Positions 1 to 8,601 of a DNA stretch of 64,000 bases are shown here, one piece after another. This DNA comes from Chitinophagales bacterium. GTDB taxonomy: Bacteria; Bacteroidota; Bacteroidia; Chitinophagales; JADIYW01. The stretch covers positions 989 to 64,988 of the forward strand of contig JAIBAX010000021.1 in NCBI GenBank assembly GCA_019694955.1, in the 5' to 3' direction. Each line of letters opens with the position of its first letter. Positions within the stretch are counted from its first letter, which is position 1. Both the position numbers and the translations under genes were made by a program. The notes under the pieces were generated by a model, which worked only from the letters and a program-made list of their open reading frames with translations, was not told the origin of the DNA and searched no databases.

Positions 1-1016
1 CTCACCCAATCAGATTTGAATAAATACCCACCAAAACCAATCGCCAATTTTTTTTCCTTTTGTCTTGCCAATAATGTGTGTAAGCCTGAAACCAATTTCT
101 CTTTATTTAGGTTAACAATTTCAATACTTTTACCCACATCATTCATATCCTCAGAAGCATCTGCAAAAACTATATCCCCAGCAATACAATAGCATTCCTT
201 TCTAATTTTTTCAATAGAAACATCAGGATTTATGTATGGCACATCTTCTCTTGTAATATCAAATAAAGTATTGAATTTGGTATGTATATCTCCATAATGT
301 ATATTTTTTACCATTCCATTTTCATAATTCAAATATTCTCTTGCGAATGAATTTGTTACTTTAAAATCATAAACATCTCCAACAGTTTCATTAATCCAAT
401 CTCCATCATTCTCAGATCCCTTAAACCGCAACTTCGGCACTTTCTCGCCTTCTTTTGGAAAAAGGTTTTGCATCAAGCCTTTTTTGTGGTCTTTGAGAAG
501 CTCCAACTTTTGTCTGTGGGCTTCAATTACTTCGTCTAAAGATGATAGGCAGGAGGCGATTTTTTGCTGTTCTTTCAGAATGGGAAACGGAAGTTTTAAC
601 TTTTGATATTCCGAAATGTAATATCGTTTATGCTGTACTGCATTAAAATCAATTTGAGAAATAAGCTCGTAGGCAAACCTCAAATCATCTTTCTTCTTAG
701 GTGTAAGAATCTTAATTGCGGAAGATTTAACTTTAAATGGGAAATCCACAAGTTTGCTATCAACTGTAAAGTCGTCAAAAATTATTGCGGGCAGTTTCTT
801 ATAAATGCCGAAATCTTCATTCGTGTATCCTAAAATAAAACTCTTATTAGCTGTTAATACAGGCGTTCCTTCATTTTGATAATTCGTGTCAGAAACGATA
901 TACTTGTCTGGTCGTTCATAGTCAAGAGCATCCTCTAACGCTTTAAATTCCCATTCCCCTTCATTTTTAAATTCAGGAAAACGCAATTCGGGTATTGGTT
1001 TATTCGTCTTACTCAT
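1..1016 (-). CDS. hsdS: Type I restriction-modification specificity subunit HsdS (3' end beyond window edge)
   Basis: Minus-strand frame is open from the ATG at 1016-1014 to position 1. It is absent from the ORF track because there is no stop inside the window. My translation is MSKTNKPIPELRFPEFKNEGEWEF... The central conserved spacer ILKEQQKIASCLSSLDEVIEAHRQKLELLKDHKKGLMQNLFP is followed by a second variable domain ending ..GLHTLLARQKEKKLAIGFGGYLFKSDWV, the typical HsdS layout. It lies downstream of hsdR. Confidence 0.85.
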   Translation of the reverse strand, partial: MSKTNKPIPELRFPEFKNEGEWEFKALEDALDYERPDKYIVSDTNYQNEGTPVLTANKSFILGYTNEDFGIYKKLPAIIFDDFTVDSKLVDFPFKVKSSAIKILTPKKKDDLRFAYELISQIDFNAVQHKRYYISEYQKLKLPFPILKEQQKIASCLSSLDEVIEAHRQKLELLKDHKKGLMQNLFPKEGEKVPKLRFKGSENDGDWINETVGDVYDFKVTNSFAREYLNYENGMVKNIHYGDIHTKFNTLFDITREDVPYINPDVSIEKIRKECYCIAGDIVFADASEDMNDVGKSIEIVNLNKEKLVSGLHTLLARQKEKKLAIGFGGYLFKSDWV

Positions 1017-1035
1017 ACGCTGCTAATTGTCTGAA

Positions 1036-1455
1036 CTATGATTTGTTTGACTTTTGTGATTGATTTGATTTATACTTTTTATTGGATAATCTTTTAAATT
1101 TTAAACTTGTTTCACCAAAATTAATAAGTAACCCAATTTCCAAATTATACGCTTCTAAATAATTTATAGCTTGTGCAAAATGTACATCTTCTAATTTGGT
1201 AATTGCTTTCAATTCAACAGAAATAACACCTTCCACCAAAAAATCAACTCTGCGGGTACCAATTTGTTGCTCACGGTAAAATATAGGCATCTCAAATTCA
1301 CGATTTAGAGAAATTCCTATTTCTTTCATTTCTATCTCTAATGCTCGTTGATAAATCACTTCTTGAAAACCATTTCCTAAAGATTTATGCACTGTCATTG
1401 CACAACCAATAATTTTGGATGTCAAATCAGAATATTTGTATTGCTCATTTATCAT
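1036..1455 (-). CDS. GxxExxY family protein (PD-(D/E)XK nuclease-like) embedded in the R-M operon
   Basis: 139 aa. The signature G-F-Q-E-V-I-Y matches GxxExxY. RVDFLVEGVISVELKA gives a D...E.K nuclease-like motif. It lies between hsdR and hsdS on the same strand. Confidence 0.8.
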   Translation of the reverse strand: MINEQYKYSDLTSKIIGCAMTVHKSLGNGFQEVIYQRALEIEMKEIGISLNREFEMPIFYREQQIGTRRVDFLVEGVISVELKAITKLEDVHFAQAINYLEAYNLEIGLLINFGETSLKFKRLSNKKYKSNQSQKSNKS

Positions 1456-1492
1456 AAAATCATATTAATCACAAAAATCACAGTTCAGACAA

Positions 1493-4400
1493 TTATTCAT
1501 AAGCAGCTAACCCACTTATCTCTCTTTCTCCTGCCAATTTCTTTAATTGTGGCACTACGTCTTCCATCAATGCCAATTCTTTTACTCTGCGTTCTTTCCA
1601 ATTTAAATCTAAAGGAGCTAGCAAGTCAGTCAATTTTTCACCGTCAAAAATCATTCGGCTCATTATTTTTTCTATAAAATTTTTCAGGTCTGCCGTTTGC
1701 AAACCATGTTGGTGGGCAATTGCCGCTATTTCTTTGTTATACTTATCTTCAATAAATTGCTCAAAGTTGCGTTTTAATTCTACTTCCGTTTGACCAACTG
1801 TCCAGTCAAGTTGGTCAATAAATTCAGACATATCTTCCTCTTGTTCCATTAAATTGGAATTCGATTTTAGCAAGCTCTTTACCTGTTCCTTGGTCATTTT
1901 TTGCTTACTCGGCTTTTTTCCTAAGTTTTCAGAAGTAAGCTTCATGATATAATCGTAATCAATCACGGCAGAAGCAAACAAAACAAATTCAAAATCCAGT
2001 TGCTGAATTTCGGGTGGTGCATTTTCACCTTCTTTTTGCTGTATTTCCCGTAATTGCTTCGCTGTTTCTAGGTATGAACTTCGGAACTCTTGCAAGGTAT
2101 CGTCAGGCAAAATGGCTTTGATTGTAGCTTTTTGTTGTTCGTCCAAGTCGGTGTATTGGTCCAATTGTGTTTTGAGGCGTTGTACTTCCTTAAAGTTTTG
2201 TACAAAAGCAATTCTTGCTGCATCTCCTTTTAAATTATAAACTTCTTGTGGCTCGCTAACCAAATTATGCTTCTGCATAAATACCCCTAATTTCTCAACG
2301 GCTTCTTTGTACTTTTCAATCATTACAGGGGCAGGGTCAACCAACCAAATTTCTCTTGCCTTTCCGTTATCTTCTCCTGAAAAAAGTGCAATCGCTTGGT
2401 TCACGGTTTCTTGTTGAGAACGGAAATCCAAAATATTGCCGTAAGGTTTGGTGTCGTTTAATACACGATTGGTGCGTGAAAACGCCTGAATCAATCCGTG
2501 AAATTTCAGATTTTTGTCTACATACAAGGTGTTCAGGTATTTGCTGTCAAAACCTGTGAGCAACATATCTACAACTATGGTAATATCAATCTTGTTTTCG
2601 TGCGGATAATCCTTGTTGCTGTATTGTTGGTCTTTTATTCGTCTTTGAACATCCTGATAGTACAAATCAAATTCGTTGATGCTAAGATTGGTATTGAATT
2701 GCTTGTTGTAATCGTCAATAATTTCAGTCAGTGCTTTTTTCTTTTCTTCTGGATTTTGTTTGTTATCCTCGCGTTCCTGTGTCAAATCTTCCTGCAATTG
2801 TTTGATGTCAGCTGCATTTTTCTGATCCCGATAGCCATCGGGATGGTTTCCATTTCCCATCAATTGAGACGGTGGTGAAAACACACAAGCAATGTTTAAA
2901 GGGGTGTATTCCGCATTTTCCTTTTGTTTTTTCTTTTGTAATTCTTTGAAAAGTTCATAGTACTCAATAGCATTATTGATAGAAGCCGTTGCCAAAACAG
3001 CATTGAATCTTCTTGAATTGGTGGCTGCATTGTGTTTTTCCAAGATAGCTTCCACTACGGCTTGTTGGGCAATTTGCTCGCCTGGTTTTGCCTGATGTGT
3101 CCCTTTCCCTTTGAAATAATCTATGTGAAAACGCAGTACATTTCTGTCGTCAATAGCATGGGTGATGGTGTATGCGTGTAGCCTTTTTTGAAAGATGTCT
3201 TCCGTCGTTTTGTATGTGGCAATTTCTCCTTCTCTGATGCTGTAGGTGGCATTTTCATCAAAAATAGGTGTACCCGTAAAACCAAATAATTGAGCATTAG
3301 GAAAAAATGCTTTAATCGCTTGGTGATTATCACCAAATTGTGAACGGTGGCATTCATCAAAAATGAAAACTATACGTTTATCTTTTAATGGTTTTAGTCG
3401 CTCCTTATAAGTCTGAACTCCTTTGTCTGCTTTCTTTTTGTTTCGCGTACTGTTTTCATCTAATGCCAAGCCTAATTTTTGAATGGTAGTCACAATCACT
3501 TTATCGGCATAATCCGTAGAAAGTAAACGCCTTACCAGGGTTTCAGTATTGGTATTTTCTTCAACACTTCCTTCTTGAAATTTATTGAATTCCTCTCGGG
3601 TTTGTCGGTCAAGGTCTTTTCGGTCAACTACAAATAGACATTTTTCAATATCGGGGTTGTCTTTTAAAAGCGTAGATGCTTTGAAAGAGGTCAAAGTTTT
3701 ACCGCTACCTGTGGTGTGCCAAATATAACCGTTTCCTCTATTTTGCTTTACGCATTCTTCAATTGCCTTTACAGCATAAATTTGATAAGGTCGCATTACA
3801 AGCAGTTTCTGTTCGCTTTCTACTAAAACCATATACTTGCTTATCATTTCACCAAGCGTGCACTTACTTAGAAATTTTTCAGTGAATGAATCAAGATGCG
3901 TAATTTTCTTGTTGCTTTCGTCTGCTAATTGGTAAATTGGCAGAAAACGTTCGTCTGCATTAAATTGAAAATGCTGAATCTTGTTGTTGGCAAAATAATA
4001 AGTGTTGGTTCGGTTGCTTACAATAAATAACTGCATAAAGCAAAGCAATGAATTTCCGTAACCGTTTCCCGGTTCATTTTTGTAATCCACGATTTGTTGC
4101 ATTGCTTTTCGTGGTGAGATGTCGAGTTTCTTTAACTCGATTTGAACTACTGGCAAACCATTTATCAATAATATGATGTCGTAGCGTTGATGGCTATTTT
4201 CGGTGTTGATGCGTAACTGACTAATCACTTCAAAGTCATTTTTGCACCAATCTTTGATGTTTACCAAAGTGTAATGCAATGGCGTCCCGTCCTCACGTTG
4301 AAAATATTGTCTTTCACGCAATTTTTTAGAAACAACAAATACATCAGCGTTTATAATTTCCTCTCTAAGTCTTAAAAACTCATTATCAGACAAGTGTACG

Positions 4401-4534
4401 CGGTTGAGTTCTTCAAATTTGGTTTTAAAGTTTTGCTCAAGCGTTTTCCTGTCAACTATGTCGGGTCGGTAAATATATTTCAGCCCTTTAAGTTGCTCTA
4501 TAAGGTATAGTTCTATTTGATTCTCTTTGCTCAT
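1493..4534 (-). CDS. hsdR: Type I restriction endonuclease R subunit HsdR
   Basis: 1013 aa. It has an N-terminal nuclease region, SF2 helicase motifs (HTTGSGKT Walker A, FDECHRSQ DEAD/H box) and a long helical C-terminus, and is adjacent to hsdS. Confidence 0.95.
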   Translation of the reverse strand: MSKENQIELYLIEQLKGLKYIYRPDIVDRKTLEQNFKTKFEELNRVHLSDNEFLRLREEIINADVFVVSKKLRERQYFQREDGTPLHYTLVNIKDWCKNDFEVISQLRINTENSHQRYDIILLINGLPVVQIELKKLDISPRKAMQQIVDYKNEPGNGYGNSLLCFMQLFIVSNRTNTYYFANNKIQHFQFNADERFLPIYQLADESNKKITHLDSFTEKFLSKCTLGEMISKYMVLVESEQKLLVMRPYQIYAVKAIEECVKQNRGNGYIWHTTGSGKTLTSFKASTLLKDNPDIEKCLFVVDRKDLDRQTREEFNKFQEGSVEENTNTETLVRRLLSTDYADKVIVTTIQKLGLALDENSTRNKKKADKGVQTYKERLKPLKDKRIVFIFDECHRSQFGDNHQAIKAFFPNAQLFGFTGTPIFDENATYSIREGEIATYKTTEDIFQKRLHAYTITHAIDDRNVLRFHIDYFKGKGTHQAKPGEQIAQQAVVEAILEKHNAATNSRRFNAVLATASINNAIEYYELFKELQKKKQKENAEYTPLNIACVFSPPSQLMGNGNHPDGYRDQKNAADIKQLQEDLTQEREDNKQNPEEKKKALTEIIDDYNKQFNTNLSINEFDLYYQDVQRRIKDQQYSNKDYPHENKIDITIVVDMLLTGFDSKYLNTLYVDKNLKFHGLIQAFSRTNRVLNDTKPYGNILDFRSQQETVNQAIALFSGEDNGKAREIWLVDPAPVMIEKYKEAVEKLGVFMQKHNLVSEPQEVYNLKGDAARIAFVQNFKEVQRLKTQLDQYTDLDEQQKATIKAILPDDTLQEFRSSYLETAKQLREIQQKEGENAPPEIQQLDFEFVLFASAVIDYDYIMKLTSENLGKKPSKQKMTKEQVKSLLKSNSNLMEQEEDMSEFIDQLDWTVGQTEVELKRNFEQFIEDKYNKEIAAIAHQHGLQTADLKNFIEKIMSRMIFDGEKLTDLLAPLDLNWKERRVKELALMEDVVPQLKKLAGEREISGLAAYE

Positions 4535-4719
4535 TCTTCTTTTAATAAATCTTTGGAGTTAACGTCCAAAATTTTTGCAATTTGGTACAAGTCTTCAATG
4601 ATCGGCTATCTCACATTGCGTGCATACTCGTTTATGGTGTTATAACTCTTGTCCAACTTCTTGGCAAGCCAAATCTGTGAGATGCCTTTTTCCTTCAGTA
4701 CTTCTTTAATTCGATCCAT
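4531..4719 (-). pseudogene. XRE-family HTH regulator (putative R-M controller) interrupted by an in-frame TAG at codon 38
   Basis: Hand translation gives MDRIKEVLKEKGISQIWLAKKLDKSYNTINEYARNVR*PIIEDLYQIAKILDVNSKDLLKEE*. The TAG is at 4608-4606. Both halves together form a standard ~62-aa XRE HTH. The TGA stop overlaps the hsdR ATG as ATGA (4531-4534). Confidence 0.7.
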
Positions 4720-4749
4720 TGAAGCCTATTTAATTCTTATAAAATAGGT

Positions 4750-4757
4750 CAAATATA
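4750..4757 (-). promoter_or_regulatory. Putative Bacteroidota -7 promoter box (TATATTTG = TAnnTTTG) for the HTH-hsdR operon
   Basis: The minus strand reads TATATTTG about 30 nt upstream of the HTH ATG at 4719. Confidence 0.4.
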
Positions 4758-4759
4758 GT

Positions 4760-4787
4760 AAAACTACACTTCTATAAGTGTAATTTT
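4760..4787. promoter_or_regulatory. Inverted repeat (12-nt arms, 1 mismatch, 4-nt spacer); candidate operator
   Basis: AAAACTACACTT-CTAT-AAGTGTAATTTT lies immediately upstream of the -7 box. Confidence 0.45.
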
Positions 4788-4878
4788 ACACAATATTATC
4801 AAGGGTTGACAGTAAGTAACAATCATTAAATCAAGGGGCTTCGTTTCCTCGCCAACACTTTTGTTTATCATCAAAAAA

Positions 4879-5763
4879 TCACCATTCAAAAAAACCAAAA
4901 AGTCGCTTTTTTTTACCGGAACACCGTGATATTAGTTCTTTCTTGGATATTCCTTTTGACTTATACTCAAACCGCTTTACTTCGGGAAAATGTTCTATAT
5001 ACTTTTTTTCCTGATACAACTTCGTGAGTTTGGCATTGGAGTATTCATTAAAGAAGCTGTCTTCAATATCATATTGCACAATCCTTCCATCTTCCGGAGA
5101 CAGGTAATAATGTATCAGTGTAGCTTCCCGATTGGTCATTTCTACGGCAATATTTATTCTTGCCTTATCCGTAATATTGGGTTGTGACGCATGAATGATT
5201 CTACTATTGAAAAACAAAGCCTGCCCCGGTTGTAGCGGGAAATATTGTATCTCGGAAGATAACTCCATCGCATAGTCATGAAAAGGCACTTGATAGATGG
5301 GCAAAGGTGTTGCCCGAATATTATCCAGAACGTTGTGCGAATTGGGAATAAAACCCAATGTCCCATTATCATTGGTGGAAGGTGTGATGGCTATCCAAAG
5401 GTTATAGGATTGATGGATGGCTTCATCTACAAACGACCAATCCTGATGGGGTGGAATGAGGCTGTTTTGATGGGCTTCTTTTACGGCAAATCGCGGAGAA
5501 ATAAACTTATAGTCAGCGAAATACTCATCTGTAAATGGCAGAATGGCGTCTCTGATATATTGTGCAATTTGTCCAATTTTTTCCGAAGAAGTCAAATCTA
5601 ACGTGACGTGAAACCCAAATGCTTCTTTCTTTGCATTGGGCATAGACTGATAATAATCCAATAATTGCGCAACGATATTCTTGGGTAAAATATCTAACAC
5701 TACAAACCCTTTCTCATCGAGTTCGCTTTGTAAGTGTTTATATTTTTCTTGAAATATGTTCAT
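4879..5763 (-). CDS. Phytanoyl-CoA dioxygenase (PhyH) family Fe(II)/2OG oxygenase
   Basis: 294 aa. It has the PPHQDWSFVDE (HxD) motif and the distal IIHASQPN His. The start overlaps the upstream stop by 4 nt. Confidence 0.85.
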   Translation of the reverse strand: MNIFQEKYKHLQSELDEKGFVVLDILPKNIVAQLLDYYQSMPNAKKEAFGFHVTLDLTSSEKIGQIAQYIRDAILPFTDEYFADYKFISPRFAVKEAHQNSLIPPHQDWSFVDEAIHQSYNLWIAITPSTNDNGTLGFIPNSHNVLDNIRATPLPIYQVPFHDYAMELSSEIQYFPLQPGQALFFNSRIIHASQPNITDKARINIAVEMTNREATLIHYYLSPEDGRIVQYDIEDSFFNEYSNAKLTKLYQEKKYIEHFPEVKRFEYKSKGISKKELISRCSGKKKRLFGFFEW

Positions 5764-7580
5764 GATACCAACCGCTTCGCCAGTCTTATTGGATTGATGC
5801 TATGCGCAAAACTCCATATCTTTTCTTTGATGCCGTTTTTCATCTGCCCACCGAATAATTTCATCATGTGTTGTGTAAGTATTTTATTATAAGTGTTTCC
5901 CGCTGCCACTACCCGTTTGTTCAACTCATCTTTACTCAAATCTTGCCACTGAAATTTAAGTTCCTCTTCCAATGAATAGTCTTCGATTACTTTTCCGGCA
6001 TCATACATTCTGGAGAGTGTTCCGTTATCATATTTCATGAAAAATTGTGGGTCGATTTTATACTTCAACAACGTATCTTTTGTACCCGGTTTGAGGTAAT
6101 AATGTGTGAGTTCAGCAGCTTTCTGCGTAAAACTCAACCCTACGGCCAGCCGAGGCATTTGTGTAATATTGGGTGGCGAAGCATGGAATGTTCTATTGTC
6201 AAAAATCAACGCTTCTCCGGCTTTCATTGGCAGTAACTCAAAGTATGGGAATAATGAGAACATATGTTTTGCCAAGGGCGATGGCACTTGTGGCGATGGT
6301 GATGGACGCACGCTGTTAAAAAATTTATGGCTTCCTTTAATGACGCCCATACATCCATTTTCCATATCTGTATCTACCAATGCTATCCAACACGTAACGG
6401 AACAATGCCTATTTTCATCTTCGACAAATGTCCAATCCTGATGGGGCGGTACTACGCCTTTCGGGTTGGGGTCTTTTATGACAAAGCTGGCAGTGATGAG
6501 TTGATAATCCTGAAGATAAGGTGCAACTTTTGGCATGGCAACTTTCTCTACTGTTTCCATCATCTTTGACACCAATGTTTTATCCTCGTGGTCCATGCCA
6601 ACATAAAAACCGTAATCCGTTTCCTTTTTTATGCCGGATTGAAACAAAAAGTCTTTGAGGGTGGCAATGTCATGTTGGTCTAAAGCAGGAAGTTTTATAT
6701 ATCCATTTTTTTCAAAAAATGACTGATGTTCGGGATTGCTGAATAATGGTTCCATAGTGGATGTTTGAATGTTATGCTCAAAAATGGCTTGCTTAAACTG
6801 TTCTTCGGAGAATTTTCCGGGATGATATTTCTCTGAAGAGATGTGTTGACCGATTTTTGGTTCTTGGATAATCTCAGGATATCTTAGGAATAAATCATCC
6901 GGCATGGCATATTTATGTAAAGTTTGCTTAGTGGCATCGTAGTAAAGCATGAACATATCGGCATCTTTTGGAACTACACCAATGGTTAACGCCAATCTTT
7001 CCTCAGTACTATGGTTAGGCCAAGAGGCATGCATGAGCTTCTGGTTAAACACAAATGCTTCTCCGGTTTTTAGGTTCAGTGTTTTAAGGTATTGGTTGAA
7101 TTTTGTGCGGTCTTGCTCAAATGCGACGGGCAAAGAGGGTGCTCTAAGGTTGTTCTCCAAACAATGGCTTCCATCGATGACCCTGATAGCGCCATTTTTT
7201 TCGTAGGTGTCTTGCAAGGGTATCCATAGGGTGAAAGAACCATAGCGCTCTTCATCTGTAACTGTCCAGTCTTGATGCAGGGGTAGTGGGTTGTTGTCGT
7301 TAGCCTTCTTTTTCAGAAAAGACGTTCCCAGAATCTTGTAATCTGTGAACAATTCCTCCAGTCTATTACCCACGATTGCAAGGATTTCTTCATTGACAGC
7401 CCTCTTCAATGCCAAGTCAGGATGGAAAGAAGTGGAGTAAAAGGAGGTTTCCTGATCTGAGAAGTATTTGTGGTAAACCTGTTTCAGCTGCGTTGCGGTC
7501 GCTCCATCAAGAAAATTTGTCGTAAAATATCCTTTTACGTTCAGCAATTTCTGTTGATATGCATCTCTAACTTGTAGCAT
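5760..7580 (-). CDS. Tandem double-domain PhyH family Fe(II)/2OG oxygenase
   Basis: 606 aa with two complete copies: LHQDWTVTDE...LMHASWPN and PPHQDWTFVEDE...TFHASPPN. It has a 1-nt TAATG overlap with the upstream gene. Confidence 0.85.
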   Translation of the reverse strand: MLQVRDAYQQKLLNVKGYFTTNFLDGATATQLKQVYHKYFSDQETSFYSTSFHPDLALKRAVNEEILAIVGNRLEELFTDYKILGTSFLKKKANDNNPLPLHQDWTVTDEERYGSFTLWIPLQDTYEKNGAIRVIDGSHCLENNLRAPSLPVAFEQDRTKFNQYLKTLNLKTGEAFVFNQKLMHASWPNHSTEERLALTIGVVPKDADMFMLYYDATKQTLHKYAMPDDLFLRYPEIIQEPKIGQHISSEKYHPGKFSEEQFKQAIFEHNIQTSTMEPLFSNPEHQSFFEKNGYIKLPALDQHDIATLKDFLFQSGIKKETDYGFYVGMDHEDKTLVSKMMETVEKVAMPKVAPYLQDYQLITASFVIKDPNPKGVVPPHQDWTFVEDENRHCSVTCWIALVDTDMENGCMGVIKGSHKFFNSVRPSPSPQVPSPLAKHMFSLFPYFELLPMKAGEALIFDNRTFHASPPNITQMPRLAVGLSFTQKAAELTHYYLKPGTKDTLLKYKIDPQFFMKYDNGTLSRMYDAGKVIEDYSLEEELKFQWQDLSKDELNKRVVAAGNTYNKILTQHMMKLFGGQMKNGIKEKIWSFAHSINPIRLAKRLVS

Positions 7581-8500
7581 TATGAGAATACTGCTTTAAG
7601 TTTACTTAGAAAAGATTTTTTCTCCTCATAACCCATCTCATCAAACCGCTTACCGTATATTGTTTTTTTAAAATCATCATATGTCATATCATAGGGTTTA
7701 TACTTAAATGTTTTGATGACTTTTGAGTTGCCGGATTTCTCCCATGGGTTGAATTTCATATAAAATTCTTTATCTACTTCTAGCATTTGCACAGTAGAAG
7801 GACTTTTTTCCGGATTCATGTGGTAGTGTATAGATGGCAGTTCCTCCGGAATAAGGATGAGTTGTATGGCCAACCGCAATTCATTGGTATGGTTTTCTGC
7901 GGAGTAATGGACGATGCTATCGTCTAGGATTACTGCATCTCCGGCTTTTGTCTCCAAGGGAATCAGGTCGTTTGCTACGATGGGTTGCTTAAGGTTTTTT
8001 AATTCCCAATGTATCATGGGGCCTCTGATTTCGCCACAGCGCTTATGTGTTCCCGGGACTACTTGCAGCGTGCCATTTTCAATGGTTCCATCTACCAACG
8101 GACACCAGATGGAAACTGATGTTGCTTTCCGCTCATCGATGAAAGCCCAATTCTGGTGCAATGGCACTTCCCCGGTTTCTGTTTTTTTGCGAATAAAATT
8201 GGCAATAATGGGTTTATACCCTTTTAGGTAATGCTTGTAGTGTTTTTCAAATGCCTGCGTAATGATTTCAAACACTTTACGCTTGTAGTCGATGTTTTTG
8301 TCAATGAATGTAAAGTCATAGGTAATCATTTCTTTCAGGTTTTTCTCTTCTGCAGAAATTAAACCGCCACTTTCCGGTAAAGCGTCAAAATAAGCATTTT
8401 TCAATGACACTACCTCTTCTTCACTCAGGAAAGGCACTTTTACATATCCTTCTTTTTGAAAACGTTCTTCCAAAATAGGATCATTCAATACTGGTCGCAT
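7580..8500 (-). CDS. PhyH family oxygenase paralogue with an HxN variant metal motif
   Basis: 306 aa. It reads PLHQNWAFIDE (Asn codon AAT at 8152-8150) with distal IVHYSAEN, and shows the same fold signature as its neighbours. Confidence 0.8.
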   Translation of the reverse strand: MRPVLNDPILEERFQKEGYVKVPFLSEEEVVSLKNAYFDALPESGGLISAEEKNLKEMITYDFTFIDKNIDYKRKVFEIITQAFEKHYKHYLKGYKPIIANFIRKKTETGEVPLHQNWAFIDERKATSVSIWCPLVDGTIENGTLQVVPGTHKRCGEIRGPMIHWELKNLKQPIVANDLIPLETKAGDAVILDDSIVHYSAENHTNELRLAIQLILIPEELPSIHYHMNPEKSPSTVQMLEVDKEFYMKFNPWEKSGNSKVIKTFKYKPYDMTYDDFKKTIYGKRFDEMGYEEKKSFLSKLKAVFS

Positions 8501-8601
8501 GTATAATTTTTTCTATAACTTAAATTTACAAAATATCTATGAAAAGATGTTGAAACGGAATCAAAGTTACCTAAATATATGAAGAAATCATAAAATTAGG
8601 T

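Noticed and set aside
603-833. 76-aa plus-strand ORF in the track
   Set aside because: It lies antisense inside the clearly coding hsdS frame, has a low-complexity AT-rich translation, and shows no recognisable motifs.
2356-3360. Several 67-126 aa ORFs overlapping hsdR on both strands
   Set aside because: They are shadow ORFs inside a 1013-aa gene with unambiguous helicase motifs.
4606-4608. TAG reassignment or recoding as an explanation for the in-frame amber codon
   Set aside because: TAG is used as an ordinary stop elsewhere in the window (for example at 52918-52920 and 56643-56645). A point mutation or sequencing error is simpler.
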